Shown: piece after piece, positions 42,453-51,168 of the stretch | How positions within the stretch are numbered: position 1 is the first letter of the stretch | Layout of the letters: each line of letters begins with the position of its first letter | Source: an uncultured Phycisphaerales bacterium | GTDB lineage: Bacteria > Planctomycetota > Phycisphaerae > Tepidisphaerales > Tepidisphaeraceae | NCBI GenBank assembly: GCA_963844715.1 | Contig: CAWJPJ010000006.1 | Coordinates: forward strand, 544,001-608,000 | Direction: 5' to 3' | DNA length: 64,000 nucleotides | Notes under the pieces: generated by a model | What the model was told of the DNA's origin: nothing | Databases searched by the model: none | The model's input: only the letters and a program-made list of their open reading frames with translations | Position numbers and translations under genes: made by a program

Positions 42453-42471
42453 TTCACTTGAGAGGTTTCAC

Positions 42472-43518
42472 ATGGCAATGCCCAATATCCCCAACGTCGA
42501 TCCCCAGATTCAGGCCGCCTGCGACCAGTTCCGCAAGGACTACCGCGCCCTTCAATCCGAGATCGGCAAAATCATCGTCGGCCACCAGGATATCGTCGAC
42601 GGCGTCCTCACCTGCCTATTCGTCGGCGGCCACGCCCTCCTCGAAGGCGTCCCCGGCCTGGGCAAAACCGCGCTCATTCGCGCCCTCGCCGACGCGCTTG
42701 ATCTCAAATTCAGCCGCATCCAGTTCACCCCCGACCTCATGCCCGCCGACGTCATCGGCACCAACGTCATCATGGAAGACGCGCAGGGCCACAGAAATTT
42801 CACCTTCATGCCCGGTCCCATCTTCGCCCAGATCGTCCTGGCCGACGAAATCAACCGAGCAACCCCCAAAACCCAATCCGCCCTCCTCGAAGCCATGCAG
42901 GAGCAGCAAGTCACCGCCGGCGGCCAAATGCGAAAACTCGAAAAACCCTTCTTCGTCATGGCCACCCAAAACCCGCTGGAGCAGGAAGGCACCTATCCTC
43001 TCCCTGAAGCCCAGCTGGACCGCTTCTTCTTCAAGCTGCTGGTCCAATACAGCGGCCGCGACGAACTGAAACAAATTCTCGACCGCACCACCACCAATCA
43101 AAAGGCCGAAGTCAAAGCCGTCATCAACTCCCAGCGCATCCTCGAACATCAGGAACTGGTCAAGCGCGTCCTCGTCGCCCCGCACGTCCAGGACTATGCC
43201 ATCCGCGTCGTCCTCGCCACACATCCCCAGGGCATCTATGCCGTAGGCATGACCAACCAGTTCCTCAGATTCGGCGCCAGCCCCCGCGCCGCCCAGGCCA
43301 TCACCCTGGCAAGCAAAGTCCGAGCACTGCTCGATGGCCGTTTCCACACCAGCTTTCAGGATGTCAAAGACATCGCCATCCCCGCCATGCGCCACAGAAT
43401 CATCCTGAATTTCGAAGGCGAAGCCGAAGGAATCACGACGGACATGATCCTGGAAAAAGTCCTCGCCGAAACCCCGCAAACGATCGAGGACGATTCGCCG
43501 GCAATGGTACGAAAGTAA
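42472..43518 (+). CDS. moxR: MoxR-family AAA+ ATPase
   Basis: GVPGLGKT; RIQFTPDLMPAD; DEINRA; ATQNPLEQEGTYPLPEAQLDRF; GASPR. Confidence 0.96.
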   Translation: MAMPNIPNVDPQIQAACDQFRKDYRALQSEIGKIIVGHQDIVDGVLTCLFVGGHALLEGVPGLGKTALIRALADALDLKFSRIQFTPDLMPADVIGTNVIMEDAQGHRNFTFMPGPIFAQIVLADEINRATPKTQSALLEAMQEQQVTAGGQMRKLEKPFFVMATQNPLEQEGTYPLPEAQLDRFFFKLLVQYSGRDELKQILDRTTTNQKAEVKAVINSQRILEHQELVKRVLVAPHVQDYAIRVVLATHPQGIYAVGMTNQFLRFGASPRAAQAITLASKVRALLDGRFHTSFQDVKDIAIPAMRHRIILNFEGEAEGITTDMILEKVLAETPQTIEDDSPAMVRK

Positions 43519-43523
43519 AGGCG

Positions 43524-43652
43524 GAAACCCGAATGACGAAACCCGAAACCAGAATCAAACCCGAAATCCGAATGAGCCATAGCACGCGCAGCAGTCATGG
43601 CTCATTCTGGTTTCGGATTTGATTCGGATTTCTGGTTTCGGGTTTCGGATTT
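43524..43652. repeat. Heptamer IR element, empty
   Basis: GAAACCC/GAAACCA/GAAATCC left arm; core gagccatagcacgcgcagcagtcatggctc; mirrored right arm. Confidence 0.92.
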
Positions 43653-43670
43653 ACGCGGAGGATTACCGCA

Positions 43671-44897
43671 ATGAAGAACCCATCGCTCCCCCTGGCTTGC
43701 CTGCTACTCCTGTCCATCTGCCCGCGTCTAATCGCCGCCACCCTCTTCGTCTCCCCCGACGGCCAACCGGGCTCCCCCGGAACCCAACAAAATCCCCTGC
43801 CTAGTCTCGTCGACGCCGCCGCCATCGCCCAGCCCGGCGATACCATCCAAATGCTCCCCGGCGTCTATCACGAACCCAAAACCGTCAACCTCTCCACCAA
43901 AGCCACCGAACAATCCCCCATCCACGTCACCGCCGACGTCGGCAATCCGGTCGTCCTCGACTTCTCCGCACAACCCGAAGACCGTGCCCACTCCATAGGC
44001 GTCGAACTCTCCGGCAACTACTGGTTTCTCACCAGCATCGAAGTCACCCACGCCGGAAGCTTCGGTTTCCACATCACCGGCAGTCACAACACCCTCGATC
44101 ACTGCATCTCCGCCGAGAATCGCAACAGCGGCACCCAGATCGAAACCAACGGCAGTTACACCCTCGTCGTCGACTGCCAGTCCTATCGCAACTTCGATCC
44201 CAAATCCTACGGCGAGGACGCCGACGGCTTCACCGCTAAGCACAAAATCGGCCCCGGCAATGAATTCCTCCGCTGCCGCTCCTATCAAAACGCCGACGAC
44301 GGCTTCGATTTCTGGATGGCCCCCGAGCCTATTCTGACCATCGACTGCGTCTCCTACCGCAACGGCTACAACATCTGGGGAATCTGGCCCTATGAAGGCG
44401 ACGGCAACGGCTTCAAGTTCGGCGGCAACTACGTCGCCGTCGCCCACGTCTGCCGCGGCTGCGTCTCTATCGAAAATCCCCTCGACGGCTTCGACCAAAA
44501 CCACAACATCGGACCCGTCACCGTCGAAGACTGCATCGCCATCCGCTGCGGAAAAGGCTTCTCCTTTCCAGAAGTCCCCCGCGCGGGACAAGTCGTCCTA
44601 AGAAACTGCACCAGCTTCGGCTGCCAAAACGTCCTCGAACCCGACATCGTCACAGAAAACTGCCACTGGTACCCAGACGTCCAGGCAGGCGTCCTCGGCC
44701 CCCTCCCCCTCCCCGGCCACCGAGACATCCCCGGCGCCGGCGCAGTTCCCACAACCGAGCCGTCCCCCATCATCGTCCCAGCCGAAGCCCCCGAATGGGG
44801 CTATCCGAACGATACGCCCAAACGCCGAGACCCCGAACTAGCCGACACCCGCGCCTCGGGCCAGGCAACGCGCCCCTCCGATTATCCGAACCCTTAA
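43671..44897 (+). CDS. Secreted right-handed beta-helix protein, pectate lyase PL9-like
   Basis: Signal peptide; PGDTI; DADGFTAK; NADDGFD; GDGNGFKFGGN; GFDQN. Confidence 0.88.
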   Translation: MKNPSLPLACLLLLSICPRLIAATLFVSPDGQPGSPGTQQNPLPSLVDAAAIAQPGDTIQMLPGVYHEPKTVNLSTKATEQSPIHVTADVGNPVVLDFSAQPEDRAHSIGVELSGNYWFLTSIEVTHAGSFGFHITGSHNTLDHCISAENRNSGTQIETNGSYTLVVDCQSYRNFDPKSYGEDADGFTAKHKIGPGNEFLRCRSYQNADDGFDFWMAPEPILTIDCVSYRNGYNIWGIWPYEGDGNGFKFGGNYVAVAHVCRGCVSIENPLDGFDQNHNIGPVTVEDCIAIRCGKGFSFPEVPRAGQVVLRNCTSFGCQNVLEPDIVTENCHWYPDVQAGVLGPLPLPGHRDIPGAGAVPTTEPSPIIVPAEAPEWGYPNDTPKRRDPELADTRASGQATRPSDYPNP

Positions 44898-44899
44898 AG

Positions 44900-45029
44900 C
44901 GAAACCCGAATGACGAAACCCGAAACCAGAATCAAGCCCGAAACCAGAATGAGCCATGATTGCGCGCATGCTATGGCCCATTCTGGTTTCGGATTTGATT
45001 CGGATTTCTGGTTTCTGGTTTCTGGTTTC
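44900..45029. repeat. Heptamer IR element, empty, core in opposite orientation
   Basis: Core gagccatgattgcgcgcatgctatggccc resembles the reverse complement of the cores at 43.57 and 48.50 kb. Confidence 0.92.
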
Positions 45030-45043
45030 CGCCCGGGGGCATC

Positions 45044-45937
45044 ATGACCCAAGTCACGTCTTCGAAACTTTTGGATTCCGCCTTCATGGCGCGCCTCGAC
45101 CAACTCGACATCATTTCGCGCAAAATGCTCGCCGGGAAAATGAAGGGCGAGCGCCGCTCCAAGCGCCGCGGCCAATCCGTCGAATTCGCCGACTACCGCA
45201 ACTACGTCGTCGGCGACGACCTCCGCTTCATCGACTGGAACATCTACGCCCGCCTAGACAAACTCTTTCTCAAACTTTTCCTCGAGGAAGAAGACCTCTC
45301 CCTCTACATCCTCCTCGACGTCAGCAAAAGCTGCGACTTCGGCGATCCCAACAAAGCCGTCTACATGAAACAAGTCGCCGCCGCCCTCGGCTACATCGGC
45401 CTGGTCAATTACAACCGCGTCCACATCAGCGCCATGTCCGAAGGCATCGTCGCCGAAACCGGCGCCCTCCGCGGCCGCCGCCGCATCGCCCAGATGATCG
45501 ACTTCATCGCCAATCTAAAACCAAAAGGCGCCAGCCATTTCTCCGAAGCCTGCAAACGATTCGCCCTGGCCCACCGCCAAAAAGGCGTCTGCGTCGTCCT
45601 CTCCGACTTCTTCGTAAAAGAAGGCTTCCAATCAGGCCTACGCTACGTCGCCGGCGGGAAATACGACCTCTTCTGCGTCCAGGTCCTCTCCCCCCAGGAA
45701 ATCCAACCCGAGTTAACCGGCGATTTAAAATTGAAGGACCTCGAAGACGCCGACACAGCCGAGGTATCGATCACCCAGCCGCTGATGGACAGATACAAGA
45801 AGAATCTGAATGCGTATTGTCTGTCGCTAAAAGAATATCTCACTCGCCGAGGCGGCACCTATCTGTTCAGCAGCACGGCCGTGCCGTTCGATACGCTGGT
45901 GTTGAACTATTTGCGCGAAAGAGGACTGCTTGGGTAA
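45044..45937 (+). CDS. DUF58-domain protein
   Basis: GQSVEFADYRNY-x2-GDDLRFIDW; DVSKS; LSDF. Confidence 0.95.
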   Translation: MTQVTSSKLLDSAFMARLDQLDIISRKMLAGKMKGERRSKRRGQSVEFADYRNYVVGDDLRFIDWNIYARLDKLFLKLFLEEEDLSLYILLDVSKSCDFGDPNKAVYMKQVAAALGYIGLVNYNRVHISAMSEGIVAETGALRGRRRIAQMIDFIANLKPKGASHFSEACKRFALAHRQKGVCVVLSDFFVKEGFQSGLRYVAGGKYDLFCVQVLSPQEIQPELTGDLKLKDLEDADTAEVSITQPLMDRYKKNLNAYCLSLKEYLTRRGGTYLFSSTAVPFDTLVLNYLRERGLLG

Positions 45938-45940
45938 GCT

Positions 45941-46410
45941 AAATCCGAAACCAGAAACCCGAATGACGAATCAAACCCGAAATCCGAATGACTCAACGGC
46001 CCCGCGCGGCGGAAAGAAGTTCGACCTTGAGGAGCGAACCGCCCGCTTTGGAAAGGCAATCATCGAGTTCGCACGGAAAGTGCCGCTTGATCCCATCACC
46101 GATCCGCTAATTCGCCAACTCGTTCGAAGCGGCACGAGCATCGGCGCAAATTACTGCGAGGCGGACGATGCGGAATCGAAGAAAGACTTTCATCACAAAA
46201 TCGGCATCTGCCGCAAAGAGTCGCGAGAAACAAAATACTGGTTGAGGATGATCGCCGCCGCCAACAAAGATTGTCGCGCCGACGCTCGCATTCTTTGGCA
46301 AGAAGCAAAGGAGCTAAACCTAATTTTCGGCGCCATCCGCCGGCGCAATTGACCTTCGGTCATTCGGATTTCGGATTTGATTCGTCATTCGGATTTCTGG
46401 TTTCTGGTTT
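45941..46410. mobile_element. Heptamer IR element enclosing a four-helix-bundle gene
   Basis: 52-bp arms at 45941-45992 and 46359-46410 are inverted repeats, 48/52 by my count. Confidence 0.8.
45963..46352 (+). CDS. Four helix bundle protein (23S rRNA IVP-like family)
   Basis: DLEERT; QLVRSGTSIGANYCEA; SKKDF-x2-K; KESRETKYWL; ATG lies inside the left repeat arm. Confidence 0.93.
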   Translation: MTNQTRNPNDSTAPRGGKKFDLEERTARFGKAIIEFARKVPLDPITDPLIRQLVRSGTSIGANYCEADDAESKKDFHHKIGICRKESRETKYWLRMIAAANKDCRADARILWQEAKELNLIFGAIRRRN

Positions 46411-46416
46411 GTAGAC

Positions 46417-48438
46417 ATGCCTCACTTCCTAAACACCCTCCCCGCCGCCATCGCCGCCGCAACGGCCATCCCTCTCTTAGTACTTTTATATTTCCTAAAA
46501 CTCCGCCGCCGCGAACAACCAGTCTCCTCCACGCTCCTCTGGAAAAAAGCCATCCAGGACCTACAAGTCAACGCCCCCTTCCAAAAGCTGCGCCGAAACC
46601 TTTTGTTGCTCTTACAACTCCTCATCCTCGCAGCACTCGTGCTCGCTCTTTCGCGCCCGGTGGCCAACTACACACCCGGCGCCGGTCCCCGAACCATCAT
46701 TTTGATCGATCGATCCGCCCCCATGTCCGCGACCGACATACCAAATGGCCGCACTAGATTGGACGAAGCCAAAAAACGCGCAGCCGACCTCGTCAAAACC
46801 CTCGGCCGCAATGGCGAAGCCATGGTCATCGCCTTTGACGACACCGCCCAAACCATCCAGCCTTTCACTAGCGACATCCCCGCCCTTCTCAACGGCATCG
46901 ACTCGATCCAACCCACCGATCGTCTCACCGATCTCGAGCCCGCCTACCGCCTCGCCAACGCGCAAGCCGCGTTCACCTCCGGCTATTCCGCGCGCAACCG
47001 CGTGCCGCCCGACGTCTATCTCTTTTCCGACGGCCGCGCCCACGACGCCGACAAGGCCAGCGTCGACGGCATCCTTCATTTCGAGCAGATCGGCTCCGAC
47101 ACGGCCCACAACATCGCCATCGTCGCCATGAACGCGAAGCGCGATTACCAGCAGCCGACGCACGTTCAGGTCTTTGCGCGTCTGGCCAATTATGGCCCCG
47201 ATCCCGTGGACGGCGTCCAGGTCCAGCTCAGCGTCGACGGCATGGTCCGCAGCATCGCCACCGTCAATCTTCTCCCCGAACGCTTTAACGACGATCAGCG
47301 CCGCGCGGCCATCGCCGCCGGCTTCTCCCCGCGCGACAGCATCGAATTCCCCGAACTCGAACTAACCGGCTCGGCAGTGGTCAAAGTCGATCAACTCGCC
47401 ACGGATAAAGACTCCCTCACCAGCGACGATTCCGCCTACGCCGTCGTCCCCCCTCCCAAAATCCTGGCCGTCCTCCTCGTCACCGACGGCAATTTCTTTC
47501 TCGAACGCGGCCTGGAAAGCCAGCGCCTCAAAGTTTACGACCGCATGTACCCCCAGGAATATCTCCAGCTCCCCCAAGCCACCGGCGGCGGAAAGAAGCT
47601 CCCCAAACCCTACGACGTCATCGTCTTCGACCGCGTCAATGACCTAAAAGCCCAGGATGTCCCCAAACAAGGCGCAGCCGTCTATTTCGGCTGCATCCCT
47701 CCCGGCCTGAAACTTCAAGTCGCCACCGACGTCACAGGCCAACCCAAAATCGACGAAGACAACGGCGTCCTAGATTGGAAACGCGACCACCCCATCCTCC
47801 GCCATATCAATCTCAACAAGCTTTACGTCGCCCACGCCACCGAAATTATTCCGTCCATGGACTCCGAAGTCCTCGTCGACGGCACCAATTGCCCGCTGGT
47901 CGTACTCCATCGCGAAAACCAAGCCGTCCATCTCATCATTCCCTTCGACGTAATCGACAGCAATTGGCCTCTGAACTCCACCTTCCCCGTCTTCCTCTAC
48001 CAGACCCTGCAATTCATGGCCCTGGGCACAGACCTCGAACTTCGCCCCAGCTACGCCCCCGGCACAAGCCTCCGCATCGCCCGCAGCACCCTCGACAAAA
48101 TCGACCCCAAAATCCGCATCATCACCATCACCGGCCCGGCCGGAACCCTCACCGCGACGATTCCCCCCACAGGCGATTTCGTCCTCCCCCCGCTGAACAA
48201 AGTCGGCCTCTACACCACCGACCCCCCCATCCCCCAATACGAAAAAATCGCCGTGAACCTTCTGGACGACACCGAAAGCAACATCGAACCCACCGACGTA
48301 GCCCCCGGCTCCGCCGGCCAAGTCGCCCCCGCCGCCCCAACCGGCGCAAGAAAAGAACTATGGCGCTGGCTAGTCGCCGCCGCGATACCTCTGTTGCTAA
48401 TCGAATGGTGGGTCTACACCCGCCGCGTGCACCTGTAG
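46417..48438 (+). CDS. BatA-domain + VWA membrane protein
   Basis: IPLLVLLYFLK...SSTLLW...LLLLLQ...LALSRP; DRSAPM; FSDG; C-terminal ELWRWL...LIEWWVY. Confidence 0.9.
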   Translation: MPHFLNTLPAAIAAATAIPLLVLLYFLKLRRREQPVSSTLLWKKAIQDLQVNAPFQKLRRNLLLLLQLLILAALVLALSRPVANYTPGAGPRTIILIDRSAPMSATDIPNGRTRLDEAKKRAADLVKTLGRNGEAMVIAFDDTAQTIQPFTSDIPALLNGIDSIQPTDRLTDLEPAYRLANAQAAFTSGYSARNRVPPDVYLFSDGRAHDADKASVDGILHFEQIGSDTAHNIAIVAMNAKRDYQQPTHVQVFARLANYGPDPVDGVQVQLSVDGMVRSIATVNLLPERFNDDQRRAAIAAGFSPRDSIEFPELELTGSAVVKVDQLATDKDSLTSDDSAYAVVPPPKILAVLLVTDGNFFLERGLESQRLKVYDRMYPQEYLQLPQATGGGKKLPKPYDVIVFDRVNDLKAQDVPKQGAAVYFGCIPPGLKLQVATDVTGQPKIDEDNGVLDWKRDHPILRHINLNKLYVAHATEIIPSMDSEVLVDGTNCPLVVLHRENQAVHLIIPFDVIDSNWPLNSTFPVFLYQTLQFMALGTDLELRPSYAPGTSLRIARSTLDKIDPKIRIITITGPAGTLTATIPPTGDFVLPPLNKVGLYTTDPPIPQYEKIAVNLLDDTESNIEPTDVAPGSAGQVAPAAPTGARKELWRWLVAAAIPLLLIEWWVYTRRVHL

Positions 48439-48440
48439 GA

Positions 48441-48574
48441 AGTCCGAAACCCGAAACCACCCGCCGCGGCGGGCGAATCAAACCCGAATTCCGAATGACC
48501 CATAGCATGCGCGCGGTCATGGCTCATTCTGGTTTCGGATTTGATTCGGATTTCGGGTTTCGGATTTCAGATTT
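48441..48574. repeat. Heptamer IR element, empty, with palindrome cccgccgcggcggg in the left arm
   Basis: Core gacccatagcatgcgcgcggtcatggctc; arms as in the other copies. Confidence 0.92.
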
Positions 48575-48610
48575 GAACCCCGTCCCCTCCCCATATATAA
48601 CCCCCACCCA

Positions 48611-49207
48611 ATGGCCCTCGTCGCGATACTCATCATCCTCAACGTCGCCATTTCCCTCTGGAACGCCTACGCCACAGGCAAAGCCTGGGTCGAAGCCAAA
48701 TTCGCCGGCGGCTGGCCCCGATTCATGACCTGGATGGGCGCCATCATGGCCGCCAGCGGCCTAAGCTGGTGCATCCTCATCCTTCTCGTCTTCGGATTCG
48801 TCAGCGCCGGCAAACTCACCCCCGATTGGGGCGGCGTCGCCCTCGATCTCGGCTACGTCATCCTCGTCCCCGGCATCATCTTCTCCGGCCTCATGATCAC
48901 CGTCGACAGTTGGGCCCGAGCCTATCGCACTAGAAAAGTCCTCGACCTCGGAATCGCCGGCTACAACACCTTCGCCCAGGTCTACAACACCTATCACGCC
49001 ATCCAAGGCATGGGCCCCGCGCTCGGCCACGTCCTTTCCGCATTCCTAGGCAAAGGCAAAAAAAGCGGCGCCGCCATCGTCATCGCCCTGGTCATCCTCG
49101 CGCTCGCGCTCGGCATCATCATCACCGCCGCCATCATCCACCACGTGGCCGCGAGCACCCCTCTCCCGACCTACGAAGAAGCCCAACGCCAATTGCAACC
49201 GGCGTGA
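48611..49207 (+). CDS. Hypothetical membrane protein (about 4-5 TMs)
   Basis: Hydrophobic 198-aa ORF with host-like codon usage. Confidence 0.75.
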   Translation: MALVAILIILNVAISLWNAYATGKAWVEAKFAGGWPRFMTWMGAIMAASGLSWCILILLVFGFVSAGKLTPDWGGVALDLGYVILVPGIIFSGLMITVDSWARAYRTRKVLDLGIAGYNTFAQVYNTYHAIQGMGPALGHVLSAFLGKGKKSGAAIVIALVILALALGIIITAAIIHHVAASTPLPTYEEAQRQLQPA

Positions 49208-49219
49208 AAACACCGCGTT

Positions 49220-49349
49220 CGAAATCCGAAACCAGAAACCCGAAACCAGAATCAAATCCGAGATCAGAATGACCGAAGGGCACCCGACGCGATTCGGTCA
49301 TTTGGGCATTCGGATTTGATTCTGATTTCGGGTTTCGGGTTTCGGATTT
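49220..49349. repeat. Heptamer IR element, empty, different core
   Basis: gaaatccgaaaccagaaacccgaaaccagaatcaaatccg...gaccgaa-loop-ttcggtc...ggatttgattctgatttcgggtttcgggtttcggattt. Confidence 0.92.
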
Positions 49350-49915
49350 TATTTCAGCAGATGATGCGTTATCAGCGCATACGCCGTAACCGCCACTCCA
49401 ATCGCCGCCGCCACCACGCCGCCGTAGAAAGCCGACCGTCTTTTCGTCAGCGCCGCCACCGACGCCAGCGCGATCCCCATCTGCACCGCCATTCCCCCGT
49501 ATGAAAGCAAATCCTTCTCCGACATCCGCCGAAACGCCCTGGCCAGAAAATCCTCCCGCTCGTCCTCCAACGCCTTGGCCTGCGTCCGCAGCAGCGGCTC
49601 GCGCGTCCGCGCCTGCTGATCGAAATCCGTCATCTCTTTTCGCTGCGCATCGGTGATCGAGCTACCCGAAGCCAGTTGCGACTCGACGATCCGTGCCTTG
49701 ATGCTATTGGCCTGAAACTCCGCCCATTCATCCGAAGCCTGCGCCTGCTTGAGCACCGCCTGGTTGCTGAAATAGATCGCCTCGTTGGAAAGATTCGTGC
49801 ACCGCACAGTGAGATACCCGCCCAGTGCCGCCAGCACGCCCGTGAGCAGGGCCACATATTTCATCCAGCGCGGCGCCGTCGGATCAGCCGCGGCTTTGGC
49901 CGTCAGTTGTGTCAT
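49349..49915 (-). CDS. DUF4337-like membrane protein
   Basis: VALLTGVLAA; ASDEWAEFQANSIK; QMGIALASVAALT. Confidence 0.8.
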   Translation of the reverse strand: MTQLTAKAAADPTAPRWMKYVALLTGVLAALGGYLTVRCTNLSNEAIYFSNQAVLKQAQASDEWAEFQANSIKARIVESQLASGSSITDAQRKEMTDFDQQARTREPLLRTQAKALEDEREDFLARAFRRMSEKDLLSYGGMAVQMGIALASVAALTKRRSAFYGGVVAAAIGVAVTAYALITHHLLK

Positions 49916-49942
49916 GCGAATTCCACTCCTTCCAAGAGGAGA

Positions 49943-51168
49943 TTACTCGACGCTCGCGTCGATACCCGAACTTTTCAAAGTCTGCCTCACCTGCTCGATA
50001 TGCCCGGCGTCGCGCGTTTCCAGCACGCACGAGACCACCACCCGCGCCACATCCGCCGGGCCGAAATTCCGATCATGATTCACTTCCTTGATGCTCGCCC
50101 CCGTCCCCGCCAGGATTCCCGCCAGTTGCGCCAGCGACCCCGGCCGATCCAGCAGCCGCGCCCTCACCCGGCACAATCTCCCCTCCGCCGCTAATCCGCG
50201 CTCGATCACGCGCGAGATGACCGTCACGTCGATGTTCCCGCCGCTCAGAACAAGCACCACATTCTTCCCCGCCAATCCCATTTCTTTATTCATCGCCGCC
50301 GCCAACGGCACCGCTCCCGCCCCCTCGACCACCATCTTTTCCATTTCGAGGAATCGAAGGATCGAAAGCGCGATCTGTCCCTCGTCCACGAGCATAACCC
50401 GATCCACGAGCCGCGAGACGATCTCAAAACAAATCTTCCCCCCTTCCGCCACTGCCAGTCCATCCGCCAGCGTCGGCTGCGCATCGATCTTCACCAGCTT
50501 CTTCCGTCGAATCGATTCAAACATCGTCGGCGCATGCTCCGGCTCAACCCCGATCACCCGCACCTCCGGCTTCAATCCCTTCACCGCCACCGCGATGCCC
50601 GAAATCAGCCCCCCGCCCCCGATCGGGACGACGATTGCATCCACACTCGGCAAATCTTCCAATATCTCCAACCCGATCGTCCCCTGCCCCGCAATGATAT
50701 CCACATCGTCGAACCCCGAAACCATCGTCAGATGCCGTCTCTCCGCCAGGTCCAAAGCCAGCGCCTTGGATTCCTGATAGCTCTCCCCATGCAGAATCAC
50801 CTCCGCCCCAAACGACCGGCAATTCGCGACTTTCGTCAGCGGCGCCCATTTCGGCATCACAATCGTCGCCGGTATCCCCAGGAGTTTTGAATGATACGCC
50901 AGCCCCAATCCATGATTCCCCGCCGACGCGGCTATCACGCCCGACTTGTTCTGATGCTCATCCAGAAGCAGCAGCTTGTTCCGCGCCCGCGCTCCTTGAA
51001 GCTCCCCGTAAGTTGCAAATGCTCGAGCTTGCAATAAACATTGCATCCACACAGCCGGCTCAGTTGCAAGGAATACGGGCACGGACTGCGATAAATCGCA
51101 TCCCCGATCCGCCCCCGCGCGGCGCGAATCATCTCCGGCGAAACCGGCAAATCCGGGCTTTGCGTCAT
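49943..51168 (-). CDS. ilvA: Threonine ammonia-lyase with C-terminal ACT domain, frameshift near 50990
   Basis: [46 protein letters not shown]. Confidence 0.92.

Noticed and set aside
39938..43069. 1043-aa ORF overlapping moxR
   Set aside because: Read-through caused by a frameshift near 42250; the plausible C-terminus ends at 42452
45963..46352. Diversity-generating retroelement (Avd-like gene)
   Set aside because: No reverse transcriptase and no TR/VR pair with adenine-specific mismatches seen in the window
43524..49349. Classical integron or IS elements
   Set aside because: No tyrosine integrase, no DDE transposase and no recognisable attC R-box pattern; the cassette idea is kept only as an analogy
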